DNA of 64,000 bases from Podarcis gaigeae (lineage: Eukaryota): the NCBI GenBank assembly GCA_964106915.2, contig OZ066916.1. One strand, given 5' to 3'. Under the pieces are notes generated by a model. The model was not told where the DNA came from and searched no databases. It saw only the letters and a program-made list of their open reading frames with translations. Below, piece after piece: positions 23,731 to 34,169 of this stretch (the stretch's first letter is position 1; each line of letters starts with the position of its first letter). Made by a program: the position numbers and the translations under genes.

Positions 23731-25145
23731 TGCTCAGTCAATTTCTCCCAGGTGTAAGAGGAATCCATAGGTTTGCAGTCATTGCAGTACCACATTATTC
23801 CTTATTGCAGAATGAGCATTTATTAATCAGTTTACTATTTATAAGTAATTTATTAGTTCACTGTTCCATGGCGGTCAGCTAATCCTAATAAATGTGGCAT
23901 TTGCTGCTGCTCTGTGGGTTGTATGTCAGGAGATGGGGAGGAAAGAGGATGGATTGCTACAGCTTCCTGGATGATTCTCCTGACAGATGTGGTGATGGAT
24001 TCTGCAGCTCTGCTTGTGTCACACCAATATGGCTGCTTTTGTTACTTTACATACTCTCCTAAACACATACACACACCCCTCTCAAATATACAGCTGCAAA
24101 TATAACATTTTAAGTGTGTTTTAAGTGCATTGTACAAATGTGACACTAGGTGGTGATTGTGAGCTTATGGCAAATTCAATATATTTTAAATACCTTTTTT
24201 TATAAAGCATTTTCGCAGTGTTATTTATATGCATCTAGATTCCATCACAGTCTCCAAATTTGGCTGGCTTTTTCGCTCTGAACAGATCTCTGTATGAATA
24301 AACCATATTCTAATAATTAGCTCACATAAAGAGATATCTGGGCCATTATGAATTATTAAGATTATTTTGTCAACTCCTAGGCTGGTCAGGCTTTAGAGCA
24401 TGGGTGTCTAGACTGCTTTGGCCCAAAGACTGTATTACAAAGAACCCCTAAAATCAAGCTTCTGCTGTAAGAATGGTAGCCTGCACATGAGAAGGGAAGC
24501 TCTGCTTTGACCTGGAGAGACAAAGAAGTAACCTCCCTTTTCCTTTTGAGCAAGCTTTGTTGCAACACTTCCCTCTAAATCCAGATTGCTGTAAATCTTT
24601 GCCATCCTTCCTTATCACTTGTAGATTTACAATAGAGCATCAGATTCCTTTAGGGGAAGTGTTAAAACAAGAGTTTATCACCTAAAATCCCACTTCTTTC
24701 TTCTTTCCCTCCCCCACAACAGTTAATTGAGAGGTTCCAACAGTCTAAGGCTCCCACTAAGAAAGCTCAAATGATCAGTTAATCTTTCTCCTTTCACCAG
24801 CTGCTCATGTTTAGAAGGTACAAACTCTTACTGACTGGCACCATTTTTAAAACTTTTAGGATCTAATAGCTACCAGAAATAGTTGTAGTTTTATTCTATC
24901 AGTCTCAGATTTGGCCCTAAAAACTGCTAGTAGGTAGCCCAGAACTGGGCTGTTCTTCTGCATGGGGCACCATTCTCTCCAAATATCCTTTTTGCAGTTT
25001 GTGACATTGGGGCTGCTGCCCACTTCCCCTCCCTCTTCTTCACAGAAGAAAGTTTGTTCTTGGTCATAGATCATGGCTGGTGCAGAAAGTCCTGGTTCAG
25101 ACAACACACTGAGCCAAACTTTGGTTTAGCTTGGCATAGGAGTAA

Positions 25146-25517
25146 GGTAAAAGGTAAAGGACACCTGGACAGTTAAGTCCAGTCAATGGTGTGTGATGCT
25201 GATCTCGCTTTCAGGCCAAGGGACTCAGCGTTTGTCCACAGACAGCTTTCTGGGTCATGTGGCCAGCATGACTAAACCACTTCTGGTGCAACGGAACACT
25301 GTGACGGAAACCAGAGCGCATGGAATCGGCATTTACATTCCCCACCGCAGCGGTACCTATTTCTCTACTTGCATTGGTGTGCTTTGGATCTGCTAGGTCA
25401 CCAGGACTGGGACAGAGCAACGGGAGCTCACCCTGTTGCAGGGATTCAAGCCGCTGACCTTCCGATTGGCAAGCCCAAGAGGCTCAGTGGTTTAGACCAC
25501 AGTGCCACCTGTGTCCC
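25146..25517 (-). mobile_element. Sauria SINE, diverged subfamily
   Basis: Head and tail on minus strand; imperfect TSD cat(a/g)ggagtaa; diagnostic tttgtccacagacagc segment shared with the 59352 copy. Confidence 0.92.
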
Positions 25518-25849
25518 ACCAACATGGGAGTAAAAACCACCAGGAAAGGAGCAAAGTGGCTGTAAACTCCATCCCAGGAGCCCCTCTGTTTGCATGGTCT
25601 CAGCAAGCCATACATGTCATTAGGTGAACCAGTGCAGAATATCTAATTTACCACAAAGAAATTCTAAGCTAGAATTAAAGACAAATGTTTCCAGACTATG
25701 TATGCACCATGCATTTAAAGAATATGACTTCCCCAACAGAGCTAGAATTCCCAGCACTCTTAATGAACTGCAGTTTTTAAGAGAATAATCCTGTGTGTAC
25801 AAAGGGTAGGTGCTCTTTGGGTTTCAGTTTACTGATGTTTAATTTAGAA

Positions 25850-25985
25850 CAGGCATCCCCAAACTCGGCCCTCCAGATGTTTTGGTACTACAACTCCCAT
25901 CATCTCTGACCACTGGTTCTTTTAGCTAGGGATGATGGGAGTCGTAGTCCCAAAACATCTGGAGGGCCGAGATTGGGGATGCCTG
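25850..25985. mobile_element. hAT (Charlie-like) MITE, 136 bp
   Basis: Long TIRs CAGGCATCCCCAA.CTCGGCCCTCCAGATGTTTTGG; perfect 8-bp TSD ATTTAGAA at 25842-25849 and 25986-25993. Confidence 0.92.
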
Positions 25986-26935
25986 ATTTAGAAGTTACAT
26001 TCTGCCAGTGCCGGGCCTGGGGTTGTGAGCCCAGATCTGTCTGAGTGATAAATGCAAGAAGAACCACAAACTCCACAAACACTTCCCTTTGTACTCACTC
26101 TCTTCTCATGGGCAAAAAAAAAAAAAAAAAAAAAAAAAAAAGCCTATTGAAAAAATAGAAAATGTCTCCAAGAGGAGTGATGAGAGCCAGCAAAACTGCA
26201 CTTACAATTTTGATATTCTGCATGCGCACTCCAGGCGCTCTCGGTGTATTCTGCCTTCCCAAGTGAGCTTGGCCTGCCGTGACTTTCCTGTTTCTTTTTA
26301 TATCACACATTAGTTGCTGCTCGGTGATCACTGCAGCTGCAGGTTCCTGACCCAGAAGGGCTTGAAATTATTATGTATGCTTTTTCTTGGCAGTCAAAGC
26401 CGTTCTCCACACCGTCTGTAAATGTTACCAAAAATAATGCAAACACAGATTCAGGATGAGAATTTGGGAAGGGAATTGTAGTAATGCAATTAAGGAAACG
26501 CAGACTGATGCCATCAAGAATGCACTTAATTCAACAAAATGTCCATTGGTTGGTTTGTTTTTTACCATCAGACTATTTGCAACTCATTGTCTGAAATACC
26601 TCTGCTAAGAAATATTCGTTTTGGTGGAAGGGTCAGGATGGTACAAATTATGGTTTCTCCGGCTTGCAAATGGAACCCAAAGGTTGGCAACCTTTGTAGA
26701 ATACAAGCTGTGTACGGATGAACTAAGTCATAGTTCAGAGAGCTGCATATGCAGCTTGTTTGTAATCAATGAGACAGCTTTTAATGGTGTAACTGCCGTG
26801 TACGCAGATGGACGTGTTCAGAATGGAGCATGTAATGTTATTCAATCCAATCAATCAATGATTTTATTTGCATGCCTCCTTTCCCAAAGTTAAAACCATG
26901 TTCAAGGCTGCTTATAGCATATTAAAAATTATGTA

Positions 26936-27177
26936 CAGTGGTACCTCGGGTTACATACGCTTCAGGTTACAGATGCTTCAGGTTACAGACTCCGCTAACC
27001 CAGAAACAGTGCTTCAGGTTAAGAACTTTGCTTCAGGATGAGAACAGAAATCATGCTCCGGCGGTGTGGCGGCAGCAGGAGGCCCCATTAGCTAAAGTAG
27101 TGCTTCAGGTTAAGAACAGTTTCAGGTTAAGTACGGACCTCCGGAACGAATTAAGTACTTAACCTGAGGTACCACTG
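26936..27177. mobile_element. Tc1/mariner-type MITE, family A
   Basis: TA|CAGTGGTACCTC ... GAGGTACCACTG|TA. Confidence 0.9.
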
Positions 27178-27335
27178 TAATTACAAGCATAAGAAAAGTA
27201 GTCAAACAATAAATAAAACATCAAAAAGTATGCAAGTAAACTGAACTGTTTCCACATAAATCATAAGATTTAAAATAAAGATACAAAAAAAAAAATCAAT
27301 AGCAGCAGCAGCGCCTGCAACAAAACCCCCTAAAC

Positions 27336-27641
27336 CAGGGGGAGGCAACCTAAGGCCTGGGGGCTGGATGCAGCCCAATTGCCTTCTCAACCCGGCCCAC
27401 GGATGGTCCAGGAATCAGCGTGTTTTTACATGAGTAGAATGTGTCCTTTTATTTAAAATGCATCTCTGGGTTATTTGTGGGGCCTGCCTGGTGTTTTTAC
27501 ATGAGTAGAGTGTGGGCTTTTATTTAAAATGCATCTCTGGATTATTTGTGGGGCGTATGAATTTATTCATTCCCCCCCCCAAAAAAATAGTCTGGCCCAC
27601 CACATGGTCTGAGGGACGGTGGACCAGTTTGCTGACCTCTG
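27336..27641. mobile_element. hAT-type non-autonomous element with an internal duplication of about 65-70 bp
   Basis: CAGGGGGAGGCAA ... TTGCTGACCTCTG termini; 8-bp TSD CCCTAAAC at 27328-27335 and 27642-27649. Confidence 0.88.
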
Positions 27642-28679
27642 CCCTAAACTATATCCCAGCCCAAAAGTCTGTTCAGCAGCCTGTTCAGCTTTTGTTGCTC
27701 CATCATGCAGAAGAAAATAGTGTAATTCTCTTGGGCTATACTGAGCAATGATGCCTGCCCCAATCTGAGCTAGGCTGCTATGACTCTGGACAGAAGCCAG
27801 GGAGAAGAGACTGGGGTGAAGAAGGATAAGGAAAAGGAGAAAGAGAAGAAAAGACAGAGAGTGAGAACACAACTTGGAAAAAAAGAGACAATGCATGTAT
27901 TTTTGAAAACTAAGAAATATGTAATAAAAATATATTTTTTAAAAATAATTGTTGATCTATTCAGCAGGTAGGTCTTCATCACACTTGTTCTTTCTGCAGT
28001 TTGATCAGGTTCTTAACCTATGATCCCTAGCTCATGTCTGACTCACCAAAAGCTGTCATCACAGCCCTTGCTCATGCCATCACCCAGAGATGACTCATAT
28101 GTGGGCCAGTCACTATGGATGAAAGGTGGGGGGTGGGGGTGGGAACAACAGCCCAACTTCCACACTACTGAGGGACATTTACACATTCCATTCAATGAGT
28201 GTATGATCTGTGTATCTTCGTGCACAAATAGCTGTGCTGTACACTGTTATTCACATGTACTGTTGAACAAGTGTTCAGTTTTTGTATCTGTGCATACAAC
28301 CGCTGAGCTGTACAAGTGTACATAAACACTTGTACATATGTACAGGCATCTTGTATCTGTGTTCAGTAGACCATGTGAAAGAAACCTCTGCAATTCATGC
28401 TCAAACAGAGCAGGGGCAGGAGCACATGAAGCAGAGTAGGGGCTGGCATCATGTCTCCAGGCAAGCACTGAGCATAGACACATCTGATAAGGAACCTCTA
28501 CACGGGAGCAGCTGTTTGCATATAGGGGCTGCACGACATCAGGACACCTAGTTGTGTGCACCCCGATCATGGGGAGATATTTCACACCACACCTGTAGGG
28601 TGGTGTCCTTTTCAGGTGTCCTTATCAGAGGCCGGGCTAGCCCAGGGCCATGGTGTTGAAGGGTGAGGTCAAGAATACA

Positions 28680-28955
28680 GGGGCACCTTAAGGAGCATCT
28701 CCATCCTCATTGTTCAGCCTGGACATTGAGGTCCAGCTCCAAAGGTCTTCTGGTGAGAAGTGAGGTTGCAGGCAGAGGACCTTCTTAGTAGTGGCACCTG
28801 CCCTGTGGAATGCCTTTCCATCAAATATCAGAGATAAACAATTATATGACCTGCCATAGACATCTGAAGGCAGCCCTGTATCAGGAAGCTTTCAATGTCT
28901 GATATTTTGCTCTGTTCTTTTATATTCTGTTGGAAGCTGCCCAGGGTGGCTGGGG
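28680..28955 (+). mobile_element. L2 LINE 3' fragment running into an assembly gap
   Basis: gaggtccagctcc...gtggcacctgccctgtggaatgcc...agacatctgaaggcagccctg...ggaagctgcccagggtggctgggg; homologous to 49530-49738. Confidence 0.75.
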
Positions 28956-29091
28956 NNNNNNNNNNNNNNNNNNNNNNNNNNNNNNNNNNNNNNNNNNNNN
29001 NNNNNNNNNNNNNNNNNNNNNNNNNNNNNNNNNNNNNNNNNNNNNNNNNNNNNNNNNNNNNNNNNNNNNNNNNNNNNNNNNNNNNNNNNNN
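28956..29091. other. Assembly gap (136 N)
   Basis: Run of N. Confidence 1.
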
Positions 29092-30385
29092 AATGCTAAT
29101 GTGTGACTACAGGTCTTGGCTGACTGTGACCAGAGGGCACCACACTGCAGGGGTTGCCACAACAATGTTGTGGAACAAATAGCAAGAAACGGGGTGCCGA
29201 ATTGTAGCATTGCACAGCGTTCCACTGAAATTTGAGAGCCCAAAGCCTGCCACTGCTGTGACCCTTATGTCCATGTAAGGCTGCAGGTCTAACCCCACTT
29301 ACCAGGGGAGGAAGCCTCACTAAATTCAGTACAGCTTACTTCTGAGTAGACATGGTTAGGCTCAAACCATAAGCCATATAAATGCTATTATCAAGTGTGG
29401 CTCTGTGCAAGAGCCCAGCCACGTTTCCAACACGTTTTTGATGAAGAACTCCTAAGTCACTGGGGGAAAGCACTGAGAGTAAATGGGTTCTATTGCTTGT
29501 TTTGCTGCAGACAGGAATGTTTTTAAAATAGCCACATAAGTTTGAGAGGATTTCCTCCTGATGACATCAGGCAGCATCACTGGCTGATATCCTGTGCAAA
29601 GTCTCTTCCCCACCCCCCTGCATCCCTTAGCATTTGTTAGATATGTTTGACTAAAGGACAAGGGAGGGTGTAGGTGCTCTGAAAGACACATGAGTCTAAA
29701 CCAGAATGGAAGTTGTGTCAATGATTTCCCCTCTTCTGACACTCTCTCACTCCAGGCCCAGATTTCTTATGGGACTCTCCTCAGATTGGACAAGTAAATG
29801 CCCCCTCAGAGCACGGCAGATTCACTTATATAAAGTTTTCACGTTAGATTTATTTTTATTAGCTCAAAGGACACTTAACAACAGAAGAAAATTAAATATC
29901 AAAAGGCAGTTACACCATCTGCAGGTAACAGGAAACAGGTAAGCAGATAGCTAGGTGGAGAATAGAAGCTGTGTTAAGTAAAAGCTAAAAGTTTTGCTTC
30001 TTCTTTAAAGAATTGTAGACTATTCTGCATTTGATCTGTGTACAATGTAATCAGAAATATTAGTCGTCGTCCCCCCCAAAAAAAGTATAGCAATCTGGCT
30101 CTTGTGTTTTAGTATCTTTGCTGTCAATAAAGGAAATAAAATATTGCAACTCTCCATGCAACCATCAGCCTTAGGGGGGAAACCTCTCATTGGTACCAAA
30201 AGGATTTCACTCACACACACCCCAACCAGTGCTAATTGCCATGTTGTGAGGTGGGTATTTTTACCAAAATTGCAGCTGGGGAGGGAATTCTTAAACCTCC
30301 TTGAAAAGAGTGCAGCCAATGACAACTCCTCTGCACCTGGCATTTGATTTTTTTAAAATCCCAAATCTGATTACTATTCACACTA

Positions 30386-30603
30386 CAGTGGTACCTTGGG
30401 TTACAGACGCTTCAGGTTACAGACTCCACTAACCCAGAAATAGTACCTCGGGTAAAGAACTTTACCTCAGGATGAGAACAGAAATCGCATGCTGGTGGTG
30501 TGGCGGCAGCGGGAGGCCCCATTAGCTAAAGTGGTACCTCAGGTTAAGAATAGTTTCAGGTTAAGAACGGCCCTCCGGAACGAATTAACCAGAGATACCA
30601 TTG
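30386..30603. mobile_element. Tc1/mariner-type MITE, family A
   Basis: TA|CAGTGGTACCTT ... GAGATACCATTG|TA. Confidence 0.88.
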
Positions 30604-31431
30604 TATTGACGTAATATATATCCAGCCTTTATTAGAAGGAAGAAGGAGCAACTGCTATCTCACTACACAAAAAATGGGCTATGGTGTAGATTGGCCATGT
30701 GTCTCATTTCACAGAGGACAGCCATCTGTTTGAAGGGTGGCCCAATCCAATAACAGATTAAAGATAAAGAGCCATAATAAGGGAGAAAGGGGGCCTTGAC
30801 GTTGCATATCAATGGTCATGCCATGGAGAGCAGACACACAAATCATGAGTAGTCACACTCATTCCCACTGTAACAAGAGGTATTTCTTGTTAATTATAAT
30901 TACTATTTCTAAATACACATCCTAACAAATAAATGAGCATATGCAAATATTATGAGTAGCTGCTCATAATGGGCATCATAGGCATTGCAAAACTTAACGT
31001 CTATCCTATTTTTCTTTACTTCTTTCTGCTTTGCAATAAACCTTTGCACTGAGATCAGTGCTAGAGACGGACTCAAATAATTACTGGCTTTTACCATTTT
31101 AAGGAAGAGCAAATTGGCTGCTTTGTTCCTGTATATACTGTATAGCCTTTGATGCAACTTAAGATCTTTTTGCATCTATCCTGATTAAGTTTGCATAACA
31201 TCCCCCACATCCTATTTTAAGGCTATCATAATCTATAACCATTGGCTTTTTAACTTGCCTTTCTTTCTCCCCTCCATGCCATTTTAATTTATGTTTTAAT
31301 ACTTAACATCTGCTGGGTTAAGAATTTTGCTTCATTGTTTGTGGCCATTTGGTTAGACCTAAATGCTGTAAGTATATTGTCCAATTGTTAGCTTTTATTT
31401 CTGTTTTTTCCTCCAATTTTTCTCAAGGTTT

Positions 31432-31478
31432 TTTGTTTGTTTGTTTGTTTGTTTGTTTGTTTGTTTGTTTGTTTGTTT
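31432..31478. repeat. (TTTG)n microsatellite
   Basis: Direct read. Confidence 0.95.
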
Positions 31479-31634
31479 CTTCTTTTACCGCATCCCCTTT
31501 CTTATTCTTCAGGCCAGGGAGAAATCCCTTATCTATAACCCACCCACCCAGTTTTCCTGGTTATCTTATCAGGAGTGGAGTCACTCTGAGATAAACCTAG
31601 GGAGGCCAGGTGGAAAAGCAGACAGGGATCCTGC

Positions 31635-31780
31635 CATGGGCGTAGCCAGAATTTTTGTTAGTGGGGGCAGGCCTTTTGTTAAGGTGGGGGAGAACCTCAG
31701 TTTGTGATGTATTTTTGTTGAGTTTTATTGATTGGGGAGTAACAGCTCTCCCTCCCTGCCTCCCCTTGGCTATGCCCATG
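31635..31780. mobile_element. hAT-type MITE
   Basis: TIR CATGGGCGTAGCCA / TGGCTATGCCCATG; 8-bp TSD GATCCTG(C/T). Confidence 0.85.
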
Positions 31781-32149
31781 GATCCTGTACCTTTAAGAGT
31801 TGCATAGGGAGGGGAGGAATCAGCAGCTGTGGCTTTTATAAGCCAGCCATATGTCCTCAGAAACTTACTTGCAGGGGTGCTGGTGAGAAGAGGTTTGGAC
31901 AAGAGAAGGAGGAGAGAATACAATCCTGCAGATCAGAGGCTGAAACGTGAAGGTGCATCCAGGTGAGTAGCTCCCAGCTAATACAATCCAATTATTGGTC
32001 TTCCTCTTGCCAGGTTTTGGGTAGCCATTGATTGAATAAGGCTATCAGTGACCATTAACCATGATGCCTATGCACTCCTTCAACGTTGGAGCGTAGGCAA
32101 TTCGTCTTTGAATACTAGTCACTGGAACTTCCAAGTGGGGAGAGCACTA

Positions 32150-32796
32150 CAGTGGTGCCCCGCAAGACGAACGCCTCGCAAAACGAAAAACCCGATAGAC
32201 GAAAGGGTTTTCCGTTTTGGAGGCGCTTCGCAAAACGAATTTCCCTATGGGCTTGCTTCGCAAGAAGAAAGCCCATAGGGAAATCTCCGGGGACCTCTTT
32301 TAAATGCTAGCGGTGGGGAGCAAAGCTTTCCCCCCCCCCTCCGGCCTTCAGAAGAGGTCCAGGAAGGCCGGCGGGGGCCGAAAGGCTTTGCTCCCCACCG
32401 CCAGCATTTTAAAAGCAGTCTGGGATAGCAGGGAAGCGCTTTCCGCTATCCCGGATGGCTTTTGAAGGCAGGCGGGGGGGACAAAGTCTTTGTCCCCACC
32501 TGCCTGCCTTCCCGGGGGCTTTTAAATCGCCCCGGGACTGTCCCGGGGCGATTTAAAAGCCTCCGGACGGCTTTTGAAGGCAGGCGGGGGGAAGCAAAGA
32601 CTTTTGCCCCCCGCCCGCCTTCAGAAGAGGTCGGGGGACAGACTGTCCCCGGACCTGGTCTGAAGGCGGTTTCCATAGGAACGCATTAATTGATTTTTAA
32701 TGCATTCCTATGGGAAACCGTGCTTCGCAAGAGGAAAAACTCGCAAGACGAAAAGACTTGCGGAATGAATTAATTTCGTCTTGCGAGGCACCACTG
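32150..32796. mobile_element. GC-rich Tc1/mariner-type element, family B (inverted relative to the 16958 copy), inserted in a CR1-like 3' tail (about 32030-32910)
   Basis: TA|CAGTGGTGCCCCGCAAGACGAA ... TTCGTCTTGCGAGGCACCACTG|TA; flank continues with gactagatgggcctttg...gggctcttctttagttctta. Confidence 0.88.
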
Positions 32797-34023
32797 TATT
32801 GCACTCTGTTCCTGCTTGTGGGCTTTCTGTAGGCCTCTGGTTGTTACAGCAGGATGTTAGACTAGATGGGCCTTTGACTTGGTCTAGTAGGGCTCTTCTT
32901 TAGTTCTTAATTGCAATGGACCTCTCACACATTGTGTATACAACCTTTTGGGTTTCATCCACATTGGTTTTTAAGGCTTTGGACCAATGGTTTCGCACTG
33001 TGCAGTCTGCTGAAATGTCTAAATCAGAATTAATCAGTGGGGGAAATGTATATGTTTTAGCTGCCTAAGCAGTGGGCCTGACCCCCATTCTCCCTTCCCC
33101 TTTAGATGTTAAAATGGAAACACAAAAAGGGGGAGCTGCATATTCACATCTCTGATCTGTGCTTGCAAGTGCTTTTGGGAAATGGCACTGTGCCATATAA
33201 AGTTGCTATCTCTGCATGTGCAGAATCGGATATCGGATTCTGTGGCTAGAAGAATCGGACAAATTGGGCATTGCTGAGCAAGGCTGTAAGCCCTGCAGCA
33301 TGACTGGTTATGTTGGTGTTAACGGTTGTCTAGGTGACCTAGAGACCATCTAGTTGTGAGTCCTGCAAGTGCTGGCCTTGGCTGGCTTCCTGGTCCATTT
33401 CCACCTGGCCTGTCCTCAGTCGACAGACCCCTAACTGACTCTGGTGACAAAAGGCTGCTGTTGCATGTGCCTACAATGTTTTTCATACCTGTAGGGCAGT
33501 CCTAAATGTTGTTTTTGTTAGCTTGCTAGTGTGGATTTTAAATACTACATTGAATATACTGATCGGTTTATTTTAATTAAAGCTGTTATACTGTAGTTAT
33601 TTCTTGCACTTGTTGGCACCCACTTTGAGCGTATCTTGGAAAAGCAGCATATAAATAACTTGGATGAAAATGGGAAGCCATTGAATGTTGTTTTGGTTGT
33701 GTAAAATACAAGCGTGTAATATGAGTTGTTTGGAACTTTCATGTCATGTTATGGCAAGCCTGGGGGAGGTCTCTCCTCAGCTTGTCCTGCATTTCCTGCC
33801 TGCCTTTGCTGCTGCTATAGGTTGTGCTAGGGAAGCCCTATTAATAGTACAAGAAGAGGAAAAAGCTCTTTGGAGGCAGGAAAACCAAGTCAGGAAAGAA
33901 TAGGAGGAAGTGTGGCTGCCATTTCGCCAAACAATTTGGAAGGCATTGAGCCTCCAAACTTGCAAGCTTTGCCATTGTTGCAGAGAATGTGATCTGAGCA
34001 CAATTCCTTTGTTTGTCCTTCAG

Positions 34024-34169
34024 AAATATTCAAAAGAGGGCCTTGAATGAGAAGGGTGATGGAATGAAGAAGAAACCAACCCCTTAGCTGTTCAACGTTA
34101 TAGAGAGCAGAAAGGAGGAGAAACTGGACAGACACGAAAGATCTCCACATCAATTACACGCACACAGAG
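34024..34169 (+). other. Candidate non-coding 5' exon of RASGRP3
   Basis: Acceptor tcctttgtttgtccttcag| and consensus donor GAG|gtaagt; stops in all three frames; ETS/PU.1 motif GAGGAAGTG at 33904-33912 just upstream. Confidence 0.4.

Noticed and set aside
27420-27555. Direct repeats that might suggest a CRISPR-like array
   Set aside because: Only two units inside a TSD-flanked hAT element; vertebrate DNA, no spacers or cas genes.
28895-29243. ORFs containing X runs (also at 52653-52978)
   Set aside because: Artefacts of translating across assembly gaps.
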